Assembly (NCBI RefSeq): GCF_000392435.1
Contig: NC_021219.1
Coordinates: forward strand, 330,001-362,000
DNA: 32,000 bases
Direction of reading: 5' to 3'
From: Candidatus Saccharimonas aalborgensis
GTDB taxonomy: Bacteria > Patescibacteriota > Saccharimonadia > Saccharimonadales > Saccharimonadaceae
Shown: in pieces, positions 9,412 through 19,164 of the stretch
Position numbering within the stretch: position 1 is the first letter of the stretch
Layout: each line of letters begins with the position of its first letter
Position numbers and translations under genes: made by a program
The notes under the pieces: model-generated
The model's database searches: none
Told to the model about the DNA's origin: nothing
Seen by the model: the letters and a program-made list of their open reading frames with translations, nothing else

Positions 9412-10035
9412 ACGTATATCATCATAGCGGAACCCCTGTCTTAGCAGATATTGTGCTAGTTTTTGATCGTCAGCGTACCGAGAGCGTTTTTTTGCAATGA
9501 GCTTTTGTAACTCCGTAGCATCATCACGAAGGTTCTCTGCTATCATCCGCTCAACAATGTCTGGTTCTACCCCCTTTGACCTTAGTTCTACTTTAAGTTT
9601 GCGTAGGGAAGTACCTTTCCCTACGTTCCTATTCTCGAACCACCAACGCGCAAATTGTTCATCATCAAGGTAACGCTTATGTTGTAGTTTTTTCAACACC
9701 CTTGGCACGAGGGCAGGGGAGTAGCCGAGACGCTCCCTCAATTCTCCGCTTCTACTTTTGTATCTCGTAGCGATCGTTTTACGACGTAGGTAATCACGGA
9801 CTTCGCGCACACTGTGCGGTCGCATCAGGCAATATTCTAATGCCCGAGCATAGAGCTTGCCAAATTGACTCTCGATCTCGAGTTCAGCTACTTCGTCATT
9901 CTCTAGCTCCCTGCCAACTCTGACATTCAGATCGGTGATCTGCGAGACATCCAAACTAAACCGATACTTGCCGTCAATACTTACATTGACTCGATCAGGA
10001 TTTCTCACCTGAGACGAAAGGCTTGTTACTTTCAA
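9388..10035 (-). CDS. recX: Regulatory protein RecX
   Basis: Lies downstream of recA on the same strand. ALEYCLMRPHSVREVRDYLRRK, KRYLDDEQFARWWFENR, and LAQYLLRQGFRYDDIRLAI are RecX features. Confidence 0.88.
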   Translation of the reverse strand: MKVTSLSSQVRNPDRVNVSIDGKYRFSLDVSQITDLNVRVGRELENDEVAELEIESQFGKLYARALEYCLMRPHSVREVRDYLRRKTIATRYKSRSGELRERLGYSPALVPRVLKKLQHKRYLDDEQFARWWFENRNVGKGTSLRKLKVELRSKGVEPDIVERMIAENLRDDATELQKLIAKKRSRYADDQKLAQYLLRQGFRYDDIRLAIGLVD

Positions 10036-10073
10036 TTTCCCTTTTCTCCCGCTATTTCAACGCAAGGAAACCA

Positions 10074-11111
10074 CTATTCTTGCTCGCTCGAAACCTTTTC
10101 ACGTACTTTCTTCTCGATTTCAGCAAGTACAGCAGGATTTTCTTTGAGGTATTTTTTTGTTTGTTCCCGCCCCTGGCCAATCTTTGCGTCGGCATAATCG
10201 AACCACGCTCCGGATTTGCCAACAATACCGTGCTGGACACCCAGATCTAATACATCGCCAGTTTTTGAGATACCCTCGTTATACATGATGTCAAACTCTG
10301 CAACACGAAATGGCGGTGCAATCTTGTTCTTGACGATCTTTACTTTAGTACGATTACCAATGATCTCTTCGCCCTCTTTGATCTGACCGGTTCGACGAAT
10401 GTCAGCTCGAACCGACGCATAAAACTTGAGTGCATTACCACCTGTCGTCGTCTCTGGGTTACCAAACATAACGCCGATTTTCATGCGAATTTGGTTGATA
10501 AAGATAACCGTCGCCTTTGACTTATTGATGATGCCTGTTAGCTTTCGAAGCGCCTGACTCATGAGCCGCGCCTGGAGGCCCATATGACTGTCGCCCATAT
10601 CGCCGTCAATCTCAGCCTGCGGCACAAGAGCTGCGACGGAATCAACGACAATGAGATCAACGGCGTTTGAGCGCACGAGCGTCTCGACGATCTCGAGCGC
10701 CTGCTCACCGTTATCGGGCTGGCTGACGAGTAGGTTATCGGTGTCCACTCCAAGCTTCTTTGCATAGGAGGGATCGAGTGCATGCTCGGCATCAATAAAT
10801 GCCGCAGTGCCGCCTTGTTTTTGAATTTCAGCGATAGCGTGCAGCGTCAGCGTGGTCTTGCCCGAGCTTTCAGGACCATATACCTCAATAATACGGCCCT
10901 TTGGATAGCCGCCGCCAAGAGCAATGTCAAGGCTGAGACTACCGCTCGACAATAGTTCAACGTCAACTTTCTTTGCCTCACCCAATTTCATAATTGACCC
11001 ATCACCAAATTGCTTAGTGATCTGATCCATCGCGAGACCAAGCGCCTTTAACTTACCCTCGTTGGCAACTGGTTTTTCGGCCAATGTTTTACTGTCAGAC
11101 TGTTTTGCCAT
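10074..11111 (-). CDS. recA: Recombinase RecA
   Basis: [44 protein letters not shown] and [31 protein letters not shown]. Confidence 0.98.
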   Translation of the reverse strand: MAKQSDSKTLAEKPVANEGKLKALGLAMDQITKQFGDGSIMKLGEAKKVDVELLSSGSLSLDIALGGGYPKGRIIEVYGPESSGKTTLTLHAIAEIQKQGGTAAFIDAEHALDPSYAKKLGVDTDNLLVSQPDNGEQALEIVETLVRSNAVDLIVVDSVAALVPQAEIDGDMGDSHMGLQARLMSQALRKLTGIINKSKATVIFINQIRMKIGVMFGNPETTTGGNALKFYASVRADIRRTGQIKEGEEIIGNRTKVKIVKNKIAPPFRVAEFDIMYNEGISKTGDVLDLGVQHGIVGKSGAWFDYADAKIGQGREQTKKYLKENPAVLAEIEKKVREKVSSEQE

Positions 11112-11164
11112 AAAACTCCCTCTTTTTACTCTCCTAATTATACCTCAGCAACCAAAGAGTTTGC

Positions 11165-11170
11165 TATAAT
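11165..11170 (+). promoter_or_regulatory. Candidate -10 box TATAAT of the prepilin gene
   Basis: TATAAT followed by 7 nt (gaagtca) and ATG at 11178. The longer ORF start at 11169 would lie inside the box. Confidence 0.5.
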
Positions 11171-11177
11171 GAAGTCA

Positions 11178-11585
11178 ATGAAATCGATCAGACAAACCAG
11201 AGGGTTTACCGTCATTGAGCTGATAGTCGCTATCGTGCTCATTGGTATTGCTGGCTGGCTTTTTTATAGTGAGCGATTGAATGCCGATGCTATTCAACGC
11301 GACTCTGCCCGTAAAATTGCCATCAATGCAATGTACTATAATCTTGAGGAAGTCTACTACGCAAAAAATAACTACTACCCTACCTCCATTGACAGTAAGG
11401 TTCTGCGGGCTATGGATCCAGGGCTATTCACTGACCCCACCGGAACTTCAGTCGGCGAACTGGGCGCTAATTATACGTACGATGGGGCCAATTGCACGCC
11501 CGATGGCAAGTGTTCAGGATACACGCTACGATCAATCATGGAGCGCGAGGCAGATTACGTCAAAAAGAATCGCGCAACCAAATAA
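11178..11585 (+). CDS. Type IV prepilin-like protein
   Basis: Class III leader cleavage site RG^FTVIELIVAIVLIGIAGWLFYS, then a pilin-like globular domain with a Cys pair (NCTPDGKC). ORF track start is 11169. Confidence 0.85.
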   Translation: MKSIRQTRGFTVIELIVAIVLIGIAGWLFYSERLNADAIQRDSARKIAINAMYYNLEEVYYAKNNYYPTSIDSKVLRAMDPGLFTDPTGTSVGELGANYTYDGANCTPDGKCSGYTLRSIMEREADYVKKNRATK

Positions 11586-11605
11586 TAAAATTCTCCTTGC
11601 CGTCT

Positions 11606-12355
11606 CTATTTTCCGACCGGTCGACCGTTTTTGAAAGCTTCTACAGCATCTTTTAGGCTTGATGCGGCCTCTTTTGGAGCATGTACGTAGCTAAATATGT
11701 AGGGTACTTCGTCGTCCTTTGTGCCTACCTGCACGACACCATAGTTGAATATCTCTTGTATAATTCCCGTCTGACGATAGCTTACTTCTACGACATCACC
11801 TAGTCCCACCGATTTAACATTACTTGAGAAAAGCGATAGTTGCGTTTTTTCTATGATACTTTCGTTGGTCAAGAAAAAAAGATTGTTGACGTATACCCAG
11901 TAAAGAATGTAAAGTCCCGTTGCTATACCGACACAGAGTAGTACGCCGATAAGCAGTATAATGTTGTAATCAATGCTAGTAGGTAAGCGCATGCTGCTCG
12001 ATACCTGAGGATAAAGAATTGCCCCTGCAACAACCAGCGAAATAAAGATGACTGACATGATAACTGGGGCAAGCATTCCTATCATATTCCGCCGAACCGA
12101 GAGAATAACGAATTCGTGTTCACTTAGATCAAGCTGCGGGTACCGCCTGACTGACTTATCGTGCTTCTCCTGTAACTCTGGTGAAATCTCCTGCTTAAGC
12201 GGTTCAAGAGGTCGAGTAAGGTGAACAATGGTTGGCGGCACGACAGGTTGGCTTGTAACGTCCGTCTCCTCATCTGCTACTGGATGAGCGTAGAGAGGCT
12301 GACCGTCGGCATCATAGGCAACTGGCTTATCATAGTTCACCGGCTCGTCATTCAT
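11606..12355 (-). CDS. Membrane protein with bacterial PH (bPH2-like) domain
   Basis: Two TMs, then NNLFFLTNESIIEKTQLSLFSSNVKSVGLGDVVEVSYRQTGIIQEIFNYGVVQV, typical of bacterial PH/YdbS-like domains. Confidence 0.65.
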   Translation of the reverse strand: MNDEPVNYDKPVAYDADGQPLYAHPVADEETDVTSQPVVPPTIVHLTRPLEPLKQEISPELQEKHDKSVRRYPQLDLSEHEFVILSVRRNMIGMLAPVIMSVIFISLVVAGAILYPQVSSSMRLPTSIDYNIILLIGVLLCVGIATGLYILYWVYVNNLFFLTNESIIEKTQLSLFSSNVKSVGLGDVVEVSYRQTGIIQEIFNYGVVQVGTKDDEVPYIFSYVHAPKEAASSLKDAVEAFKNGRPVGK

Positions 12356-12375
12356 GAGCTTATTATACTATATGG

Positions 12376-13386
12376 TCACGTATTTTTTACTTGTTTGCCA
12401 AGGTGCCGATAGGCGCGCTGCGTAACCCTTCTCCCCCTTGGAGTTCGTTCGATAAAACCAATTTTTAGTAAGTACGGTTCATAGAAATCCTCAATTGTCG
12501 TGGGCTCGTCGCCCGTAAGCGCCGCGATAGTGCTAAGGCCGACGGGGTTATCGCCATAGGCATCAATGATGGTTGAGATCATGTGGCGATCGGCTGGATC
12601 AAGCCCTTGTTCGTCAATCTCTAATAGCTCGAGTGCTTGGGTGGTCATAGAAAGGTCGATTATTCCATCACCATTCACGTCGGCATAGTCGCGGACACGT
12701 TTGAGCAAACGGTTGGCAATTCGCGGTGTGAGGCGTGCACGAGTACTTAATAGTACTGCTGCTTCCTCCTCGATCTTGCTACCAAGGATACCCGCAGAGC
12801 GTCTGAGGATCTCAGTAATTTCCTGGTGATTATAGAACTCAAGCCGATAGAGATGCCCGAAGCGGTCACGAAGTGGTGCGGCAAGCGCTCCCGTCCTTGT
12901 AGTGGCGCCGATGACGGTAAATCGAGGTAAATCGAGCCGAATACTTCGAGCGGCCGGGCCTTTTCCAATAACAATATCGAGTTTGAAATCCTCCATCGCC
13001 GCATAGAGAACTTCCTCAACGGTACGACTAAGGCGGTGAATCTCATCAATAAACAAAATATCTCCATCCTGTAAATTAGTGAGAATGCTCGCGAGGTCAC
13101 CAGCCCGTTCAATAGCCGGCCCAGAACTTATGCGTATCGTTGCTCCCATCTCGTTAGCAATCACTGTTGCCATCGTTGTTTTCCCAAGACCCGGAGGGCC
13201 ATAGAGCAAAATATGGTCGATAGGCTCACCGCGCTTTTTTGCTGCCGCGATACTGAGTTTGAGATTCTTTTTTAGCCGCTCTTGACCGATATATTCAGAA
13301 AACCGCTGCGGGCGCAGTGTCACTTCGATTTGCTGATCATCGTCATTATCACTTAGAGTTGTCTCTACAATTCGCTCAATAGCCAT
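12376..13386 (-). CDS. ruvB: Holliday junction branch migration DNA helicase RuvB
   Basis: [50 protein letters not shown], and [21 protein letters not shown] opens at 13446; the ATG at 13386 (MAIERIVE) is the likely start. Confidence 0.97.
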   Translation of the reverse strand: MAIERIVETTLSDNDDDQQIEVTLRPQRFSEYIGQERLKKNLKLSIAAAKKRGEPIDHILLYGPPGLGKTTMATVIANEMGATIRISSGPAIERAGDLASILTNLQDGDILFIDEIHRLSRTVEEVLYAAMEDFKLDIVIGKGPAARSIRLDLPRFTVIGATTRTGALAAPLRDRFGHLYRLEFYNHQEITEILRRSAGILGSKIEEEAAVLLSTRARLTPRIANRLLKRVRDYADVNGDGIIDLSMTTQALELLEIDEQGLDPADRHMISTIIDAYGDNPVGLSTIAALTGDEPTTIEDFYEPYLLKIGFIERTPRGRRVTQRAYRHLGKQVKNT

Positions 13387-13438
13387 GTATCTATAGTAAC
13401 AGGTCTCGTGAAGGCTTTGTGGTATTATGGGAGTCGAT

Positions 13439-13906
13439 ATGGTCAATATATACGACCCGGCTCCGATCTATGACTCCCTGACACCGGGAATTACTGAGTG
13501 GAATGATGCTCGACCCGAGATTGCTCAGGCATTGGGGTTGTCACCAAAAAAATATTCAGATAAATATGCAATCAACCAAGTTATGCTTGCGCTGGCGGAA
13601 CAGGAGATCCCATACCGAGACTGGAGAGAAATAGGACAGCATGTCATCGACATGATTCGGCGATATCCGTTTCTCATGAACAGTTACTATCGTGTTGGCG
13701 ATACCCTACTACCATCAGGGATAGCTTTTGATAATCTGGTGGGCAATCATCACATCGACGACTTTCCTGCTTTATTTGGCCTTGGTGAATACGAAGGCCA
13801 CGGGTTACGCGGCGCGATCAATGGACGACAAACTCGTGATCCACGTAAGTCTTACCGCGGATTTTGCAGATCAGTTGGTCTCCCAAAGCCCTGGCCCGAT
13901 AACTAG
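13439..13906 (+). CDS. Conserved-looking protein of unknown function
   Basis: 150+ aa ORF ([34 protein letters not shown]...) with an upstream TGgTATTAT box. It converges with ruvA through overlapping stop codons in CTAG. Confidence 0.6.
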   Translation: MVNIYDPAPIYDSLTPGITEWNDARPEIAQALGLSPKKYSDKYAINQVMLALAEQEIPYRDWREIGQHVIDMIRRYPFLMNSYYRVGDTLLPSGIAFDNLVGNHHIDDFPALFGLGEYEGHGLRGAINGRQTRDPRKSYRGFCRSVGLPKPWPDN

Positions 13907-14478
13907 TGACCCTTGAGAGCCTCCCTCACGCGCTCGCTCGTGGGCAGTGTAGTATCGATCCCTTCAAGTGCCCGAGTCGCATCACTCAATGTGTAGCCGA
14001 GTGCGATGAGCGCCTCTAGTGCTTCATCACTCGTAGGCAATTCAGTCTGTACTCCACCGCGTTTTGCGTACACAATTGGCATCCCGACTTTATCTGATAA
14101 GTCGACCACCACGCGTTCTGCGGTTTTTTTGCCGACACCACTTGCGCCTGATATATAGGAGCTATCCGCGTTAGCAATTGCATTGCGCACGTGTTCGGCC
14201 TCACCAAGACTAAGAATTGCTAATGCGGCTTTTGGCCCGACTCCCTGCACAGTGATCAACATCTCAAACAACTTTTTTGCCGTCAGGCTACTAAATCCAA
14301 AGAGTTCTTCGGCCTGCTCACGAATATGGTGGTAGGTATAGAGCTTTGCTCGTTGATTGAGCGTAAAGGCGTCAAAATCAGCTAGCGTCACCGTTACTTC
14401 ATACCCCACTCCCCCGACATCAACAATCAGAGCATTCCCAAACTTCTCAGCGACAGTTCCCTCGACATGTGCAATCAT
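13903..14478 (-). CDS. ruvA: Holliday junction branch migration protein RuvA
   Basis: MIAHVEGTVAEKFGNALIVDVGGVGYEVTVT, GVGPKAALAILS, and GVGKKTAERVVVDLSDKV. The first 75 codons of the 14703 ORF are antisense-like and not RuvA. Confidence 0.95.
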   Translation of the reverse strand: MIAHVEGTVAEKFGNALIVDVGGVGYEVTVTLADFDAFTLNQRAKLYTYHHIREQAEELFGFSSLTAKKLFEMLITVQGVGPKAALAILSLGEAEHVRNAIANADSSYISGASGVGKKTAERVVVDLSDKVGMPIVYAKRGGVQTELPTSDEALEALIALGYTLSDATRALEGIDTTLPTSERVREALKGH

Positions 14479-14491
14479 ACGATCAATTATG

Positions 14492-16879
14492 TCACACTTT
14501 GTTGCAGTTTGCTGTATCGCTGGTATATCTTGTTCCGTCAAGTTGGGATTGATATATCGTGACAACCTGTCCAATTGATGTGTCGCAGGCCTGTATTTTA
14601 TTAGCGCCGGGTTCCTGATGACAGTTTGCAGTGTCGGTCGAGTATTGGTAGGTCGTATAGGTCGCTGCGTCAATCGATACGATGGTGCCATTTGATAAAT
14701 CACAGACCTGCATCTTTGGCGCTATGCAGTTTGTCGTATCTTTAGACTGTTTGGTCGTATCAAGTGCCGTCTCATTAATACTAATCACTTTCCCACTGCT
14801 AAGTTCGCAGACACTGATCATGGTTGGTTCAACATTACACGTCTCAGTCGGAAGGGCGCCTGACATAAAGTATTCCGTATAGGTATTTGGACCAGACTTT
14901 TCGGCTAAGCCACCATTCTTTGTACAAACCGACTTCTGGACGATACTCCTCGGCATGGTAAATGCTTTGTCGGGGATGGTTGCCAGGAGTTTTTTCATGG
15001 TATTTCTCCAAATCGGTCCCGCCATGTCTGACCCGCCGCTACGCATCACCGAGTTATCGTTGTTGCCCACCCACACGCCGACAACGTAGTCTTCTGTATA
15101 GCCAATCGTCCAGGCATCACGATTATCGTTCGTGGTTCCCGTCTTGACCGCAACGGTACGACCTGGCACTGTGAGGCTTGACCCAAATATAGGTGCACGA
15201 GCCGAATTGTCAGAGAGGATGCTCGATATCAAGTACGCACCTTCCTTGCTGATCGCCTGACGTACCACTGCGGGGCTAGACTCTACCTTACCACCAAACT
15301 TATCGTTTATTTCTTTGATGAGAGTTAGCTTACTGTATTGCTTACCACCATTAGCAAACGCTGCATAGGCATTTGCCATTTGCGCGAGAGGCACCTCAGC
15401 CGAACCAAGCGCAAGAGAAAGACCATAGTTTTTATCCTTGCTGACTGCTGAGACACCTAAGTTATTTGCTGCAACAATCGATTTGTCAATTGAATATTTT
15501 TGCATCACCTCAACACTTGGAATGTTGAGCGACTGGCTAATTGCTCTGCGTACCGAAATATCACCACGCTCTTTTTTGTCAGCATCGAGTGGTGTATAGT
15601 CACCACCAAATGTCGTCTTTACATCGTGAAGAATTGTCGCCGGAGTGATAACGCCATCAGCAAGTGCATACGCATAATAGATTGACTTAAATGTCGATGC
15701 GGGTTGACGTGCAGTCGTCACCATATTGACCTTACCCCACTGGGGATTATTGTAGTCTGCGCTCCCGATCAGTGCACGAACTTCTCCCGTTTTTGGATCA
15801 ATGACAATACCACTTGCATTGCTTCCTCCCATAGCAGTGATGTGACCCATCCCCGCGTTGAGACTTTCCTGTAGTGTCTGCTGGGTTGATAGATCAAGGG
15901 TTGTTTTTACCTGGTAGCCTGAGCGCATTACCTTTTCGTAGCCGTATTTTTCACTTAATTCAGCGATGACCATTTCTGCAAAATGCGGTGCTACTGAGTT
16001 GACTTGGCTCGCACCCGCCCCATACTTGAGCTCCTCGGCCAGAGCGGCAGACTTTTGCTCCTCGGTGATATAACCGTTCGTTACCATACGACTTAATACA
16101 GTCGTTTGTTGACGTTTTGCATACTGCGCGTTCCCGCTGATGGGCGAATACGCACTTGGCGCAGGCAGTAGGCCTATAAGCATCGCGCTTTCGGCAAGAT
16201 CGAGGTCATTAGGCGACTTGTTGAAATAAACTCGAGCAGCTTCCTCGATACCAAACGCATTCTCACCGAAATACACTGAGTTAAGATACATGTCAAGGAT
16301 TTGATCCTTGGTATAGGTCTGCTCAATGGCAATTGACATGGTCAACTCTTGATATTTACGAAATATACTTCGCTCATCACTGAGGAGAGTATTTTTTGCG
16401 AGCTGTTGGGTGATCGTGGACCCGCCACCAACTCCGGTAAACAAGGCCCGAACTGTACTGAGCAAATTGAAGCCGCCGTGTTTATAGAAATCCTTGTCTT
16501 CACTCGCTATCAGGGCATGTTTAACGTTATCTGATATTTGTGATAACGGTACCAAGGCACGATGCTCGGCTCGGCCGACACTATAAAACGTCTTACCGTT
16601 GATATCAGTGAGAACGATACCGGTGTTGTTTCGGTTCATGAGCCGTTCCTGGTCGGCGATATCATGAGCATACATAACGTACGTAATGATCGGCGTCGCG
16701 ATCAAAAAAATAAGTAGCGGGGAGAGCAAGACTAAGGTTTTCTTGCGCCAGCTTAAGTTACGAAACCAGACAAAGCGACCCTTATGGTGCGCTCCTGACC
16801 GCTTAGGACGAGATGCTCTCTTCATAGTTGAAAGGTTGGCATACCGACCCATCCGCGCTGGTGGTTTTTTTGTTTGCAT
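14492..16879 (-). CDS. Class A penicillin-binding protein (transglycosylase/transpeptidase) with C-terminal Cys-repeat tail
   Basis: ALIASEDKDFYKHGG, GGSTITQQLAKNTLL, ARQPASTFKSIYYAYAL, and TVAVKTGTTNDNRDAWTIGYT. An N-terminal TM follows a basic cytoplasmic segment. Confidence 0.95.
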   Translation of the reverse strand: MQTKKPPARMGRYANLSTMKRASRPKRSGAHHKGRFVWFRNLSWRKKTLVLLSPLLIFLIATPIITYVMYAHDIADQERLMNRNNTGIVLTDINGKTFYSVGRAEHRALVPLSQISDNVKHALIASEDKDFYKHGGFNLLSTVRALFTGVGGGSTITQQLAKNTLLSDERSIFRKYQELTMSIAIEQTYTKDQILDMYLNSVYFGENAFGIEEAARVYFNKSPNDLDLAESAMLIGLLPAPSAYSPISGNAQYAKRQQTTVLSRMVTNGYITEEQKSAALAEELKYGAGASQVNSVAPHFAEMVIAELSEKYGYEKVMRSGYQVKTTLDLSTQQTLQESLNAGMGHITAMGGSNASGIVIDPKTGEVRALIGSADYNNPQWGKVNMVTTARQPASTFKSIYYAYALADGVITPATILHDVKTTFGGDYTPLDADKKERGDISVRRAISQSLNIPSVEVMQKYSIDKSIVAANNLGVSAVSKDKNYGLSLALGSAEVPLAQMANAYAAFANGGKQYSKLTLIKEINDKFGGKVESSPAVVRQAISKEGAYLISSILSDNSARAPIFGSSLTVPGRTVAVKTGTTNDNRDAWTIGYTEDYVVGVWVGNNDNSVMRSGGSDMAGPIWRNTMKKLLATIPDKAFTMPRSIVQKSVCTKNGGLAEKSGPNTYTEYFMSGALPTETCNVEPTMISVCELSSGKVISINETALDTTKQSKDTTNCIAPKMQVCDLSNGTIVSIDAATYTTYQYSTDTANCHQEPGANKIQACDTSIGQVVTIYQSQLDGTRYTSDTANCNKV
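14495..14812 (-). repeat. Three degenerate 29-aa Cys repeats at the PBP C-terminus
   Basis: VCELSSGKVISINETALDTTKQSKDTTNC / VCDLSNGTIVSIDAATYTTYQYSTDTANC / ACDTSIGQVVTIYQSQLDGTRYTSDTANC. Confidence 0.85.
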
Positions 16880-16885
16880 ACTTCC

Positions 16886-16891
16886 ATTATA
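16886..16891 (-). promoter_or_regulatory. Candidate -10 box TATAAT of the PBP gene
   Basis: Minus strand: TATAAT GGAAGT ATG, with the ATG at 16879. Confidence 0.55.
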
Positions 16892-16897
16892 CGCGGT

Positions 16898-17371
16898 TTA
16901 TAGTCGATTCATAACCGCACACATGAGGGCTGCGGCGAGAGCATCTGCGCAGTCGTCAGGCTTTGGCGCCTCAACAAGATTGAGGTGCAGACGCACCATT
17001 TCCTGCATTTGCTTTTTTGTTGCGCGGCCATACCCCGTTATGGTCTGTTTTATCTGGAGAGGGGTGTACTCCTCGATACTTAGGCCTGCCTGTTGTCCAG
17101 CCAACATGGCGACACCACGTGCATGTGAGACGCTCATCGCTGTCGTCACATTTTGATTAAAAAACAGTTTCTCTATCGCCATTAGTTGCGGTTTAGTCTC
17201 TTCAATAATTCCTTGTAGGCTCGTATATATTTCCTCGAGCCGCTCAGCGAGCGGAGTATGCGGAGGAGTTGTGATAGCCCCGGCGGTAACAAGCACGGTC
17301 TTTCCTGCGGTAACTTCGATAACTCCAAAGCCCATGATTCCTGTACCAGGGTCGATACCAATTATTCTCAT
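16898..17371 (-). CDS. ruvC: Crossover junction endodeoxyribonuclease RuvC
   Basis: MRIIGIDPGTGIMGFGVIE, MAIEKLFFNQNVTTAMSVSHARGVAM, KQTITGYGRATKKQMQ, and KPDDCADALAAALMCA. The ORF upstream extension to 17608 lacks RuvC character. Confidence 0.95.
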   Translation of the reverse strand: MRIIGIDPGTGIMGFGVIEVTAGKTVLVTAGAITTPPHTPLAERLEEIYTSLQGIIEETKPQLMAIEKLFFNQNVTTAMSVSHARGVAMLAGQQAGLSIEEYTPLQIKQTITGYGRATKKQMQEMVRLHLNLVEAPKPDDCADALAAALMCAVMNRL

Positions 17372-17447
17372 AGTGAGGCTATCCTTGTCTTTATTAGTTA
17401 CAGCGAAATGACGGTTGCCGTTACTCTCGTACTCAGTATAGCGCGTA

Positions 17448-19100
17448 TCACCGTCGATGACGAAGGGTGAGTCGGACGCGCTGTACCGCACTGCCAATTT
17501 CCTGACGCCATTCCCACAGTCCATACCCAAGTGCAATGGTAGCAATACCAGCAATCGTAACCCACGTTGTCCATGCTGTGGAAATAGCCTGAATCGGCTG
17601 TACAGCAAAGGGTACCACGGGCATCTCTGTGACCTTTATTTTTCGGCATCGGTTTGTTTCAGGATTTCTTTCCCACCCTTCGTCACATGCTTGAAGTATG
17701 TCGTCGGTACTTGCAATCTTCTTACACCGGCCAGTTTCTGGATTACGGAACTGATCATCTGCGCAAGGTTTCAGCGCACTTGAAACCGTTGCGACAATCG
17801 ACCGACAACGTCCCGTCTCCTCACTACGATACTGACCGTCTCTACAGGGGGAAGGGACAGTCGCCTGGATGAGATTGCGACATCGGTTTGTCTCTGTACT
17901 GCGATACTGGTTGTCGCTACACGGTACAAGTCCGGTATCGGGTGCCGGAACATCGATCGTGACTTCCGGCGGTAGTTGGTTATTTCTCTGGGTTGGCGAT
18001 GGCATCATCGCCTTCCACATGTGGTCACTTGAGTCGATTCCCCACGAGAGACCATTGTATTTCGCGAGAGTCATATCGGGATACTGGATTACGTCATACT
18101 GCACGGTACCAAAATAATCCTCAATCCACACGTACTTCCCTGTTGCAACAAGCGAAAGTGGGTGCAGATCATCACGTAGATGTACCGTAAGAAAGTCGTG
18201 AGCATTGAGAATCAACTCATCGTCAGGAGTCATGACTGACTGTTGCCAGTTGAAGGCATTTGTGAGCGACGCCATGTCGCCATAGCTGCCAACGCGAAGC
18301 CGATACTGATTGAGGTTGAGGGGTTTATCAGAGGTGTTTTCAACTTTTATATAGTCGCCGCATCGTAGGTCTATATCGGAAGCGACGCCCGGAGCGCAAT
18401 CGACTGGGTTGGGATGTATCTCTGTAATGCTAAGCCCGCCCGCATCGCGTGGTGGCCGGTAGAGAACTGTTCCCTCAACAACAAGCGCCGATGTTTTCTT
18501 CACAAAATCAGTCGCAAAATCGCCCGTTTGCTTCAATGTTACATTGCCTCGCTGCTTGTGTTGCGCCCACAGGTAGTTGTCTTTTGGATTACTATTCCCC
18601 GCCATGGGCGGAATGTTTATTGACTGGGTGATGGTTTGCTGTCTCGATACGACAAGTGTTGAGATGTTTCCTGGCGTCGCCGTTTGGGATGTCGTAAAGG
18701 GAACTGCTCCTCTGATGAGTGTCGTATCGTACGCAAACGTAATGTAATGTCGTGACAGTAGCCAACCAGATGGCAAGCTGATTTCCCTCTGTCCTCCCAC
18801 GGAGTCAATCGTCGTTATCGTGACCGCCCCCATATCGACCGCAACGCTTGACTGGTTAAACAACTCTGCGACCTCAAGTCGATCGCCCGTCGAAAAAGCG
18901 GTTAGTATCACATCTGGTGTTGACGTTACAGCTAGTGGTGGTGTTTGGGTTACAACGCTCGGAACAGTAATCGAGGCCGTATCTATACTGGCCTCCGCAA
19001 ATGTAACACCAGGTAACATCACTACTGCACAAAGTATCACCAGCAACATGCGTGGTATATTCTTTCTCCCCACAATACCCCTCCAACAACTAATTCTCAC
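17448..19100 (-). CDS. Predicted secreted/membrane-anchored surface protein with lamin-tail-like regions and four Cys repeats
   Basis: Signal-like N-terminus MLLVILCAVVMLPGVTFAEA (GTG at 19100 or internal ATG). LTD-like segments LEVAELFNQSSVAVDMGAVTI and ITEIHPNP...CGDYIKVENTSDKPLNLNQYRLRVG. C-terminal TM VTIAGIATIALGYGLWEW and basic tail. Confidence 0.75.
   Translation of the reverse strand: MRISCWRGIVGRKNIPRMLLVILCAVVMLPGVTFAEASIDTASITVPSVVTQTPPLAVTSTPDVILTAFSTGDRLEVAELFNQSSVAVDMGAVTITTIDSVGGQREISLPSGWLLSRHYITFAYDTTLIRGAVPFTTSQTATPGNISTLVVSRQQTITQSINIPPMAGNSNPKDNYLWAQHKQRGNVTLKQTGDFATDFVKKTSALVVEGTVLYRPPRDAGGLSITEIHPNPVDCAPGVASDIDLRCGDYIKVENTSDKPLNLNQYRLRVGSYGDMASLTNAFNWQQSVMTPDDELILNAHDFLTVHLRDDLHPLSLVATGKYVWIEDYFGTVQYDVIQYPDMTLAKYNGLSWGIDSSDHMWKAMMPSPTQRNNQLPPEVTIDVPAPDTGLVPCSDNQYRSTETNRCRNLIQATVPSPCRDGQYRSEETGRCRSIVATVSSALKPCADDQFRNPETGRCKKIASTDDILQACDEGWERNPETNRCRKIKVTEMPVVPFAVQPIQAISTAWTTWVTIAGIATIALGYGLWEWRQEIGSAVQRVRLTLRHRR
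17622..17924 (-). repeat. Four tandem repeats of about 25 aa, consensus PCxDxQYRxxETxRCRxI
   Basis: PCSDNQYRSTETNRCRNLI / PCRDGQYRSEETGRCRSIV / PCADDQFRNPETGRCKKIA / ACDEGWERNPETNRCRKIK. Confidence 0.85.
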
Positions 19101-19164
19101 TTAGGTATAGCGGAGAGGTATCGCACCATGCAACCATGAGCACGATAAAAATGTATATTTTACA

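Noticed and set aside
13903-14703. Full-length 266-aa ORF as a RuvA with a 75-aa N-terminal extension
   Set aside because: The extension (MIYQMAPSYRLTQRPIRPTN...) overlaps the 3' end of the PBP gene in another frame and has no domain character. RuvA starts at MIAHVEG (14478).
17372-17608. RuvC N-terminal extension of 79 aa
   Set aside because: It overlaps the 3' coding part of the Cys-repeat protein, and RuvC begins canonically at MRIIGIDPGTG (17371).
17622-17924. CRISPR-like or tandem DNA repeat
   Set aside because: The periodicity is at the protein level with diverged nucleotides. No direct DNA repeats with unique spacers are seen here or elsewhere in the window.
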